NCBI GenBank assembly: GCA_964538665.1
Contig: CAZIEB010000001.1
Coordinates: 7,031 to 71,030, forward strand
Direction of reading: 5' to 3'
Origin: an uncultured Candidatus Saccharibacteria bacterium
Lineage (GTDB): Bacteria > Patescibacteriota > Saccharimonadia > Saccharimonadales > Saccharimonadaceae
Length of the DNA stretch: 64,000 bases
The translations under genes were made by a program, and so were the position numbers. The notes under the pieces are model-generated. The model was not told where the DNA came from, made no database searches, and saw nothing but the letters and a program-made list of their open reading frames with translations. Positions 43,044 through 51,774 of the stretch are shown piece after piece (position 1 is the stretch's first letter; each line of letters starts with the position of its first letter).

Positions 43044-45410
43044 ATGAGAAAAGGCAAATATACGAAACATACGAGTAGCCCATTTCGACGAGTACAGCGT
43101 CGGTGGCGTTGGTTTTGGCGACTTAGCCTCAAGCAAAAGCTTGCGCTGATAGGGATACCTGTCCTAGTACTACTGCTTGTCATACCGCTCGTGACGTATG
43201 CACTGCTTGCAAGAGATATTTCTGACCCAGAGCGTTTGATGAACCGTAACAATACGGGCGTAGAACTGCTGGATATCAACGGAGAGGCGTTTTATAGCAG
43301 CGGCACAAGCAAGGCGCTGACTCGTCTCAAGCTCGATGAGATATCGCAAGTGACACGTGACGCGTTGGTTTCGAGTGAGGATAAGGATTTCTACAAACAT
43401 TCAGGCGTATCACTCAGGGGGCTTGTCGCTGCACTTTATGCAAATGTCGCAAACCGCGACGCGACTGCCTATGGTGGTTCGACATTGACGCAGCAGTTGG
43501 TCAAAAACACCTTGCTGACCAGTAACAAGACGTTTTTCCGTAAATACCAAGAAGTTGCCATGGCAATAGCGGTCGATCGTCAATACAGCAAAGACGAGAT
43601 ATTGGATCTGTATATAAATTCTGTATATTTTGGTGAAGGTGCGTTCGGTATCGATGAGGCAGCTCGGACCTACTTCGGCAAAGCTGCCATAGATTTGACA
43701 CTTGCCGAGGGCTCGATGCTCATCGGCATACTTCCCGCTCCGAGCGCGTACTCACCGATTAATGGCGATCCGGAAAAAGCTAATGCTCAGCAAGAGCGTG
43801 TCTTACGACGCATGGTCGAAGACGGCAAAATCACGGCTGCGGAGCGCGACGCCGCACTGGCCCAGGAGTTAGTGTATGCGCCGCAAGAAGTAGAAACTAT
43901 CTCTAAAGCACCGCATTTTGTTGAGATGGTCATTGCAGACCTTGAAAAGCGTTACGGAGAAGAGACGGTCAAACGATCTGGATATCGCGTCAAGACGACG
44001 CTCAATATCCAATGGCAAGAGCAGGCAGAAACAATCGTACGTGACCGTACGGCTATCAACGCTGCAAGCGGTGGGCGTAATGCCGCACTTGTTGCAATTG
44101 ATCCCAAAAATGGAGAGATACGAGCACTCGTCGGGAGCGCCGACTACACGAATGAGGAGTGGGGCAAGTTTAACGTTGCAATCAATCCTCGCCAGCCCGG
44201 CTCAAGTTTTAAACCGATATATTTTGCAGAGGCGCTCAACCAACGTCTTATTACACCTTCAACTATCATCAAGGACGAAGCCACAGATTTTAATGGCTAC
44301 AAGCCAAATAACTTTGACTTTCGTTTCCGCGGTGATATCACGGTCCGAAACGCGCTTGCGCAGTCACTCAACATACCGGCCGTCAAAGTCATGCAGCAGC
44401 TCGGCACTGAAGCTGCGATAGATACAGCGCAGCGTATGGGCATCACGACAATCTCAAAAGATAGAGATTATGGGTTGAGCCTGGCGCTGGGAGCTGCCGA
44501 GGCCACACCACTTGCCATGACAAACGCCTATGCCGCATTTGCCAATGGCGGCCAACAATATGAGCCGACAACGATTCAGCAAATTGAAAATAAGTATGGT
44601 GAAATCATGTACAGAAGTAACTTTTCTTCAAAACGTGTCCAGACAGAGCAATCGTCGTATTTGATATCACACATTTTGTCTGATAATGCTGCCAGGGCAC
44701 CGACGTTTGGATCGAGCCTCAATATCGCAGGTCGTCAAGTTGCGGTCAAGACCGGTAGTACCGACAACAATCACGATGCGTGGACGATTGGGTATACCCC
44801 GAGCCTCGCTGTCGGTGTATGGGTAGGTAATAACGAAAACCAACCTATGTCAGTGGGAGGTTCTGGCTTGGCTGGTCCTATCTGGGGCCAATCACTCACT
44901 GCATTTTTGAGTGACACAGATGCCGAGGAGTTTCCTCGACCGAACGGCATCGTTGAAATAGCGGTCTGCCGCAGCAATGGACTCCGCGCAACGGGTACGG
45001 CGTCGAATACGTACAATGAGGTATTTTTGAGTGGCACGCTTCCGACCGGTAGTTGTAGTGGTGGTCCGACTACTGAACAGAATGATGATGAGGCGGACAG
45101 TGGTGAACAGTCTACTCGAGATAGCGACAATGACGGCGTACCAGACTCCCGCGACTTATGTCCTAACACGCCGCGGAATACCCCTGTGACAGCAAACGGA
45201 TGCCCTCGCCCCGAGCAGGAGCCGGAGCCTGAAGTTGAGGATGAAGAGACGGTCGCCGATACTGACGGCGATGGTGTCGCGGATGAAGATGATACCTGCC
45301 CAGGAACACCGCCCAATACGGACGTTGGCCCCAACGGCTGTCCTCTCCCTGATAACCCATCGCCAGGTCCGGACCCGGTCACTTCAGTTGAACGATATCG
45401 TTATACATAG
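43044..45410 (+). CDS. Class A penicillin-binding protein (GT51 glycosyltransferase plus transpeptidase) with a C-terminal extension of TSP3-like Asp-rich repeats
   Basis: EDKDFYKHSGV, GGSTLTQQLVKN and RKYQE (GT51). SSFKP, SLN and KTGST (transpeptidase SxxK/SxN/KTG). The tail has two D-x-D-x-D-G-V-x-D...C-P-x-T-P-x-N-T...N-G-C-P repeats. Confidence 0.9.
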   Translation: MRKGKYTKHTSSPFRRVQRRWRWFWRLSLKQKLALIGIPVLVLLLVIPLVTYALLARDISDPERLMNRNNTGVELLDINGEAFYSSGTSKALTRLKLDEISQVTRDALVSSEDKDFYKHSGVSLRGLVAALYANVANRDATAYGGSTLTQQLVKNTLLTSNKTFFRKYQEVAMAIAVDRQYSKDEILDLYINSVYFGEGAFGIDEAARTYFGKAAIDLTLAEGSMLIGILPAPSAYSPINGDPEKANAQQERVLRRMVEDGKITAAERDAALAQELVYAPQEVETISKAPHFVEMVIADLEKRYGEETVKRSGYRVKTTLNIQWQEQAETIVRDRTAINAASGGRNAALVAIDPKNGEIRALVGSADYTNEEWGKFNVAINPRQPGSSFKPIYFAEALNQRLITPSTIIKDEATDFNGYKPNNFDFRFRGDITVRNALAQSLNIPAVKVMQQLGTEAAIDTAQRMGITTISKDRDYGLSLALGAAEATPLAMTNAYAAFANGGQQYEPTTIQQIENKYGEIMYRSNFSSKRVQTEQSSYLISHILSDNAARAPTFGSSLNIAGRQVAVKTGSTDNNHDAWTIGYTPSLAVGVWVGNNENQPMSVGGSGLAGPIWGQSLTAFLSDTDAEEFPRPNGIVEIAVCRSNGLRATGTASNTYNEVFLSGTLPTGSCSGGPTTEQNDDEADSGEQSTRDSDNDGVPDSRDLCPNTPRNTPVTANGCPRPEQEPEPEVEDEETVADTDGDGVADEDDTCPGTPPNTDVGPNGCPLPDNPSPGPDPVTSVERYRYT

Positions 45411-45683
45411 ATAACAGATGAGTCGCACTAAAACGCTACAGGTGGTGTATTTATTACCCTATGCACACTACCTGCGGGGGTATATGATAAAGGTATTAAC
45501 AACTAAACCACTGTGACGAGCGGAAGTACGTGCAATTCGTACGCTGTGCCGCAACGGTAATGATGACCCTATGAGGGTAGATAGTCATCTAAGCCCGATA
45601 CGTTTGTCGCGCGTGAAGTGTTCCCGAGCAGGAAGTGTAGCTAGTTGATCTAGTGACTTTTTGTTGCGGCGATAAGGATAATC

Positions 45684-47051
45684 GTGTCGCATCAACTACC
45701 TGATGCCCGTACCGCAGTAGAAACCAACATGCAGTACGGGTATGAAAAATTCGAAGCTAATCGTCGATTCCAGGAACGAACCGATATTGCAGAACGTATA
45801 GGTTACCCGATACGTACGCTCATCCCGTATGAGCTATATGACGGTGGTCTATATGCCCGAACTGATACGGAGTATGTCAGATTTTCCGAGCGAACATATC
45901 GTGCCATGCGCGAGGCGCCGTATCTATTTACGGGTGACCAGGCATTTGAAGTGACTCGTCGCCAGCACGAACACGAGGAAGCGTTGCAGGTCGAGGCATT
46001 TGCTCGGGGTGAGCTCGATGGCAACGTCTTTGTCAAAGTCTCCAAAGTACCTGATGCAATTGTTGCAGACGAGACATCAATCAAGGGCTACAAACGTGAC
46101 ACGCTCCGCACCTTTGTGCGTGTGTACTCTCGGGACGGTGATGGTGATTTGGAGTGTCGACTGTTTAGCCTGGACTATAACGACCAAGATGGTCTACGGG
46201 CGGTTGAAGGCATCTTAGGGATGGATCTTACATCACGAAGCTCAGAAGATATCCTTGCCGATCATATGCTTTTCCAGACAGATGGGGTTCCTTCAGAATT
46301 TTCCGAAAAATTAATTGACGATATCACCCATGGCTATGATGATGCAATTTTTGCAAGGACAGGCGAAGTACGACATGCGGGGTCATTGTTTGACAATTCG
46401 GTAGATGCCCAACGTGCGGTCGACCAGCAAACATATTTCATGATAAAGCACTACAAGGCTATCGACGCCATTGTCGGCATGGCGCTCAATCCTTCTGCCA
46501 AAAATGATTTACTTGGAAAAGAACGCGAACGTACCGCAGCTGCAATTGCGCTGGTGTTGGGAGGGAGGCGCATCGAGTCAATCAGTGAGCTTGATATTTC
46601 TGCAGAGGTTGCAACTGGAAAATATGACGGTGACTGTGCGTTACCTACAGAAAACGCTATGGAACAGGGTCAGACGGGCGAAAAAGAAATGACTTGCCCG
46701 TATTGTGGATTCAAGACAGTTGGCGACCCCTGTGCCGCAGTACTCGAGTGTAATGAATGTGAGGCGCTGGTCATCAACAGCGTTCTAATCTCAAAGGGTA
46801 TAGGGAGAGCTGCGGTACTAAAGCGAAAAAGCTTACAGGCCGAGACCCAGCGTTCGCGTAGTGAATCGACCAACCAAACAATTGAGTCATCTCGCAAAAT
46901 CACTAAAGAAATGCTAGTAAAACAAGCATATGGGCGAAGCGCAGTACTGAGGACTGTCAGTCGGGTTGGTGGAGCTGATTTTGTGATCTTAGATAATCGC
47001 GGTGACGTCCTTGAAAATGACTCAAGAAAGATTCGGAATTTGCTGAAATAA
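45684..47051 (+). CDS. Hypothetical 455-aa cytoplasmic protein with a CxxC...CxxC zinc ribbon
   Basis: Long ORF (GTG start). CPYCG...(12 aa)...CNEC near residue 340. No family recognised. Confidence 0.5.
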   Translation: MSHQLPDARTAVETNMQYGYEKFEANRRFQERTDIAERIGYPIRTLIPYELYDGGLYARTDTEYVRFSERTYRAMREAPYLFTGDQAFEVTRRQHEHEEALQVEAFARGELDGNVFVKVSKVPDAIVADETSIKGYKRDTLRTFVRVYSRDGDGDLECRLFSLDYNDQDGLRAVEGILGMDLTSRSSEDILADHMLFQTDGVPSEFSEKLIDDITHGYDDAIFARTGEVRHAGSLFDNSVDAQRAVDQQTYFMIKHYKAIDAIVGMALNPSAKNDLLGKERERTAAAIALVLGGRRIESISELDISAEVATGKYDGDCALPTENAMEQGQTGEKEMTCPYCGFKTVGDPCAAVLECNECEALVINSVLISKGIGRAAVLKRKSLQAETQRSRSESTNQTIESSRKITKEMLVKQAYGRSAVLRTVSRVGGADFVILDNRGDVLENDSRKIRNLLK

Positions 47052-47077
47052 CAGCGTATGACGCAGTGTTATTCGAA

Positions 47078-47608
47078 TTACGAGATGACTCGTGCGACAA
47101 GCAATCCCGCAAAAGATCCTACCGCTATCATGATTGAGCCACCCACGACGAGCTCCATGCCATCTCTGAGCCAATGGTTGCCTAGTACAGCGCCTCTCAC
47201 CGCACCAGCGACAAATAAGATCGCAATACAGATGGCAACCATGACAAACAAGGCAAGAGGGAGCGAACTGAACATAAGAAGCGGTAGGACAGATAAAGCG
47301 CCTACGATACCGTACAGGCAAAATTCAGTCAAAGCAGGCATCAAGTAATGCCGCACGGGGCTTCGTTTTTCGCGCCCGTCGAGCTCGTCCAAATAATGCT
47401 CATAACTGTATCGAATTGTGGCGGTATTGACAGCGTTTACCAAAATGCCGATTAGTGCTGACGCAATCAAAATAGTACTGTCATCTGTGGTGAAGCTTAG
47501 TCCTATGACAAGTCCTGTAAATATCGAAAAGCCACCCTCGAGTCCGTCGACGAAGCCGAGGTATTTCTTGTGTGCTGTTTCGATTCTGGGGTAGTGCAGT
47601 TTTATCAT
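47078..47608 (-). CDS. VIT1/CCC1-family (iron/manganese transporter-like) membrane protein
   Basis: GFVDGLEGGFSIFTGLV at the N-terminus, then 3 C-terminal TMs with Gly-rich ends, as in the VIT family. Confidence 0.65.
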   Translation of the reverse strand: MIKLHYPRIETAHKKYLGFVDGLEGGFSIFTGLVIGLSFTTDDSTILIASALIGILVNAVNTATIRYSYEHYLDELDGREKRSPVRHYLMPALTEFCLYGIVGALSVLPLLMFSSLPLALFVMVAICIAILFVAGAVRGAVLGNHWLRDGMELVVGGSIMIAVGSFAGLLVARVIS

Positions 47609-47614
47609 AAGCGC

Positions 47615-47621
47615 TATACTA
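47615..47621. promoter_or_regulatory. Overlapping divergent -10 boxes in a 20-bp intergenic region
   Basis: Plus strand TATACT 47615-47620, 8 nt to ATG 47629. Minus strand TAGTAT (47616-47621), 7 nt to ATG 47608. Confidence 0.45.
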
Positions 47622-47628
47622 CAAAGCG

Positions 47629-48558
47629 ATGACTACATATTACTACAAAAACATTCGATCCAAGAAATTATCGATACTCAATGAATATCGTGCGGGGTCG
47701 TGGGTATGTGTCGAATCGCCGACTTCCGAAGAGATTACAGCGCTTACTAATCGGTTCCAACTCGACGCCGGTCACATGAATGATATTCTTGACGACGATG
47801 AGATGCCGCGACTTGAGCGCGAGGGTGATGTCACCTATATATTTGTGCGGTATGCCTACACCGATGAAAACATGGATATCACCACGGCGCCACTACTTTT
47901 TGTCATTAGCAAAGAACTATTTATCACGGTTGCTTCACAAAAGCTCCCTCGGCTGCAGCGGTTTACTTCAGGCAAGATAGAGTTTTCGACGACCCAGCGG
48001 ACAAAATTGCTCCTTCTTATCATGGCGCAAATCGTCGATCAATATGAATCATTTATCAATAGCATTTCGCGCCAAATCAAACTCATTCGTACGCGGCTCA
48101 AGGCTGAAGAAGTCGGCAACGAAGACTTTATTGATTTTGTACTGATCGAAGACGAGCTCAATGAGTTCTTGTCGGCGATGCTCCCGACTACTGCGATATT
48201 ACGACGGCTCATGCTCGGACGCCATATTCCGCTTTTTGCCGACGATGAGGATTTGGTAGAGGATCTCCTCCTCAACAACGAACAATCGATTGAGGGTTGT
48301 CGTAGCAATGTCAAAAGTATCGTCAACATACGTGAAGCCTACGCGACAATTACGAGCAACAACCTAAACCGAACCATGAAGACACTTACTGCCGCCACGA
48401 TGCTGATTGCCTTGCCAAACGTATTCTTCGGAATGTATGGCATGAATGTTGATCTTCCATTCCAAAACCAATGGTGGGCATATACGTTTATATTGTCGGT
48501 GACGTTTATCGCAACACTTGCCGTAGTAATACTTGCTCGACGACGTAGAATTTTCTAG
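47629..48558 (+). CDS. corA: CorA-family magnesium/cobalt transporter
   Basis: Cytoplasmic N-domain, two C-terminal TMs and the YGMNV (GMN) signature. Confidence 0.85.
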   Translation: MTTYYYKNIRSKKLSILNEYRAGSWVCVESPTSEEITALTNRFQLDAGHMNDILDDDEMPRLEREGDVTYIFVRYAYTDENMDITTAPLLFVISKELFITVASQKLPRLQRFTSGKIEFSTTQRTKLLLLIMAQIVDQYESFINSISRQIKLIRTRLKAEEVGNEDFIDFVLIEDELNEFLSAMLPTTAILRRLMLGRHIPLFADDEDLVEDLLLNNEQSIEGCRSNVKSIVNIREAYATITSNNLNRTMKTLTAATMLIALPNVFFGMYGMNVDLPFQNQWWAYTFILSVTFIATLAVVILARRRRIF

Positions 48559-48587
48559 TTGACATATCGGTGCGACCTGCGTATGAT
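48559..48587 (+). promoter_or_regulatory. Strong sigma-70-type promoter
   Basis: TTGACA (48559-48564), 17 nt, TATGAT (48582-48587). Confidence 0.55.
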
Positions 48588-48637
48588 AGCGTTTATGGTT
48601 TCACGCTTTGTGTGAGCAAAAACAAAAAGGAGATACT

Positions 48638-48730
48638 GTGTTAATCGAAGTTACCAAACAGCCGTCTCGCGCGGTGCGCGTCAATGTCGTGGTGATCAAA
48701 CCTGACTGGCAACAGTTTATTCTCAATTAG
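48638..48730 (+). CDS. Candidate 30-aa ORF behind the orphan promoter
   Basis: AAGGAG (48627-48632) lies 5 nt before GTG 48638. MLIEVTKQPSRAVRVNVVVIKPDWQQFILN. It could instead be a non-coding transcript. Confidence 0.25.
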   Translation: MLIEVTKQPSRAVRVNVVVIKPDWQQFILN

Positions 48731-48746
48731 AGTATTGAACGAGAGA

Positions 48747-49445
48747 TTACTGGGACGATGCAGAACCGTTGGCTTCAGCGATAGCATCATCGAGCAGGGC
48801 TCGGAATTCTTGACCCTGCTGCTGGATGAGATCGGTTACGACGTTCTCGGCAACTTTTTCACCATTGAGGTACAACGAGGGTGTTGACGTTACGTTGACC
48901 TTGAGTCCAATTGTCCGATCAAAGTTTATTTTGTCGGCGACAGCTTTGCTCGTCAAATCAGCATTAAACTTTTCGATATCAAGATTGAGATCGCGGGCAA
49001 ACTGTTCGAATCGTTCCTGGCGCTGCTCAGCAGAGAAATCACGCCAGATATCTTGCGATGCATAAATTGTGTCGTGCATTTCCCAAAACTTGCCTTGTTG
49101 ACCGGCAGATTCTGCTGCTGCAGCTGCCGCAAACGCGTGTGGGTGAGATGCTATCAGCGGAAAGTGACGATAGACAAACGCAATCGAATCCTTGTATTCT
49201 TCTTTGATGGTTTTCAAATTTTGGAAGGCGCCCCCACAGCCTGGGCACTGAAAATCTGCGTATTCAAACACCACGACTTCAGAGTCTGGGTTCCCAAAAA
49301 CTCTGTCGTTTATTTCCCGATCCGTCGTAATCGCAAAGGCATCCACCTCGCTCACGTCAACTTTGTTGTTCTGAGATACAAATACCAATCCACCAATTAA
49401 TGCGACGCAAAGTACGCCAAAAATTATCCAACGAGTTCTGTCCAT
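48747..49445 (-). CDS. DsbA-family thiol:disulfide oxidoreductase, membrane-anchored
   Basis: N-terminal TM. Thioredoxin-fold CPGC active site (FEYADFQCPGCGG). AAAGGAGG RBS. Confidence 0.8.
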   Translation of the reverse strand: MDRTRWIIFGVLCVALIGGLVFVSQNNKVDVSEVDAFAITTDREINDRVFGNPDSEVVVFEYADFQCPGCGGAFQNLKTIKEEYKDSIAFVYRHFPLIASHPHAFAAAAAAESAGQQGKFWEMHDTIYASQDIWRDFSAEQRQERFEQFARDLNLDIEKFNADLTSKAVADKINFDRTIGLKVNVTSTPSLYLNGEKVAENVVTDLIQQQGQEFRALLDDAIAEANGSASSQ

Positions 49446-49515
49446 ACACCTCCTTTGTGCTACTTATAGTATACACTGTGGGGACGTTTTTTTCAGGCTG
49501 TAGTAGTATGGAGAT

Positions 49516-50334
49516 ATGTGGTGGATACTTCTAGCGATTGTCGTGCTTAAGCTCATTGGGCTGGTGGCTGTCGTAGTACCAGTTGGGCAACGACGTCTAC
49601 GCGCTATTTTTTTGCTGTTACAGCTAGTATTCTCGATGCTACTGGCTACGCTGACCATATGGAAGCTGGGTTTCGTGTACGGTCCAATTATGGCGGTTAT
49701 CCTTATCCTTATCTGCCTCGTGATAGCACGTGTGCACCTAGTTCAGCAGAGCATGCAGCGATTGTTTAATCGTTATCATACGTGGTTTCAGGGGTGGGTA
49801 GCGCATCAGTCTATGTTTGATAGTATCGCCGATCGACAATCCCTCAGCGATCATATTGGTCCATCGAGCTACGATACCTTACGCGACATAGTGGATACCG
49901 CGCAATATTTAACACATGAAGAAAAAAGCCTAATGCAATCGGCAATCGGAGTGCATCGGCGAACAATTGCCCAGTATGCTCGTCCGATACATGATAGTAC
50001 GACGTTATCTACGGCCGACACCGTCGGTCCGCTGCTGCTCGATGAGCTTCACAAGTCGCCGTCTCGCTCGTATATCGTGCTTGATGCGAACAACCAGCCT
50101 GTTGGTGACGTCAGCTTTGCCCAGCTCATGAAGCGTCACACCAAATCAGCCGACATATTGTCATTTGCCAACCAACCCGTGCTCGAGCTCCCAGCTTCGA
50201 CACACCTACTAGATGGGGTCGAGACTATGCTCCATGAGCAACGCATGATAGCACTCGTTGCAGGGACTAATGGTGAGCAGATAGTCACTCTGGACGACCT
50301 CATAGCTTCTCTCTTGGGTAAAAAGCCAACCTAG
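49516..50334 (+). CDS. Membrane protein with a C-terminal CBS-pair-like domain
   Basis: 3 N-terminal TMs. The C-terminal ...YIVLDANNQPVGDVSFAQLM... and ...MIALVAGTNGEQIVTLDDLIASLLG resemble CBS motifs. Confidence 0.45.
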   Translation: MWWILLAIVVLKLIGLVAVVVPVGQRRLRAIFLLLQLVFSMLLATLTIWKLGFVYGPIMAVILILICLVIARVHLVQQSMQRLFNRYHTWFQGWVAHQSMFDSIADRQSLSDHIGPSSYDTLRDIVDTAQYLTHEEKSLMQSAIGVHRRTIAQYARPIHDSTTLSTADTVGPLLLDELHKSPSRSYIVLDANNQPVGDVSFAQLMKRHTKSADILSFANQPVLELPASTHLLDGVETMLHEQRMIALVAGTNGEQIVTLDDLIASLLGKKPT

Positions 50335-50457
50335 GCTATACTTGGGTTAATTATGGTAGTAGTACGTGATACAAATTTGTGGACTGGCATAAAGCCGGCG
50401 TACTTTATGTGCCACCAGTCCGCATAGCCAATACATTATCTAACAAGCAGGATATAT

Positions 50458-51774
50458 ATGGAACGAATTCTTACAACCGATATTGCATTACACACGGGCT
50501 CTTCTGTCACCGTGCAAGGCTGGCTTCACAAAAAACGTTTACTTGGTGGTCTAAATTTTATTTCACTTCGAGATCGAGGTGGTATCGCGCAAGCGCTTGT
50601 TGACAATAAAGACGAAATCGAAAAACTTCGGGGTCTCCAGATAGGTACGGTGCTAAGTATGACCGGCAATGTAGTTGCCGATGAACGTGCGCCGGGTGGT
50701 GCAGAGCTCCATGATGTTGTTATAACGATAATGACGCCAGTTGAGCATGAATCTCCGATTGAAATTGACAAACCTCTCAGTCACAAACCCGAAAACCTTG
50801 ATACTCTCTTTGACCATCGTGTGATTGGTCTCCGCAATCTGCAGGAGCGTTCAATTTTTGAAATCCAGTCAACAATATGCAAATCTATGCGCAATTATTT
50901 TTATGCACAGGGCATGACCGAAATGCACACGCCGAAGTTGCTTGCAGAGGCAACCGAAGGTGGGGCCGAAGTATTTACACTAGATTATTTTGGTAAGACA
51001 GCTACACTCGCGCAAAGCCCTCAGTTTTACAAGCAAATGATGGTAGGTGTGTTCGAGCGGGTATTTGAGATTGCGCCTGTATATCGGGCAGAGCTCAGCG
51101 CAACTACGCGCCATATGTCAGAGTATACTTCTGTTGACGGGGAGATGGGCTTCATAAAACTAGGTGAACTCACGGAATTTTTGGGTGAGTTGCTGCGTGT
51201 CGTCGTAGATGACGTGTGGGCAAAACACGAAACTGAGCTCAAGCGTTGGAATGCGTCAAAGCCAGTGTTACCAAAAAACATCCCTATCCTTTCTATGGCT
51301 GAGATTCATGAACTTTATAGTAAGGCGACCGGGACTGAAACCATTGGAGAAAAAGATTTACGGCCCGACGAAGAAAAGTGGATATGTGAATATGCAAAAA
51401 AACAATTGGGTTCTGAAGCGGTGTTTGTGAGTGAATGGCCAGCCAGCGAGATGAAATTTTATCATAAGGCAAACGACGAAAACCCCGAGATTGCTGATAG
51501 AGTAGATTTCTTGTTCCGAGGTGTCGAAATAACGACCGGCAGCATGCGCGAGCATCGCTATGATGTTGTTATTGAGCAGCTGAAGAGGTTTATCGGTGAT
51601 GATGCACCGAATGATCCAGGCTTCGAACCTTTCCTGAGTGCAATGCGGTATGGAATGCCACCTCACGGTGGTTTCGGGTTAGGCTTAGAGCGGCTAACTC
51701 AAAAAATTGTTGGTCTCAACAACATCAAAGAAGCGACATTGTTCCCACGAGATATCAACCGCCTCACACCATAA
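50458..51774 (+). CDS. aspS: Aspartate--tRNA ligase, archaeal/eukaryal-type (class IIb, 438 aa)
   Basis: OB-fold N-terminus VTVQGWLHKKRLLGGLNFISLRDRGG. Class II motifs FEIAPVYRAE and GGFGLGLERL. No GAD insertion. Confidence 0.9.
   Translation: MERILTTDIALHTGSSVTVQGWLHKKRLLGGLNFISLRDRGGIAQALVDNKDEIEKLRGLQIGTVLSMTGNVVADERAPGGAELHDVVITIMTPVEHESPIEIDKPLSHKPENLDTLFDHRVIGLRNLQERSIFEIQSTICKSMRNYFYAQGMTEMHTPKLLAEATEGGAEVFTLDYFGKTATLAQSPQFYKQMMVGVFERVFEIAPVYRAELSATTRHMSEYTSVDGEMGFIKLGELTEFLGELLRVVVDDVWAKHETELKRWNASKPVLPKNIPILSMAEIHELYSKATGTETIGEKDLRPDEEKWICEYAKKQLGSEAVFVSEWPASEMKFYHKANDENPEIADRVDFLFRGVEITTGSMREHRYDVVIEQLKRFIGDDAPNDPGFEPFLSAMRYGMPPHGGFGLGLERLTQKIVGLNNIKEATLFPRDINRLTP

Noticed and set aside
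50340-50457. Hairpin (ggactgg...ccagtcc) upstream of aspS as a T-box or other riboswitch
   Set aside because: It is too short. It has no specifier loop or T-box consensus (AAUNNGGUGGNACCGCG-like) and no terminator/antiterminator alternative. It is more likely a weak terminator of the upstream gene.
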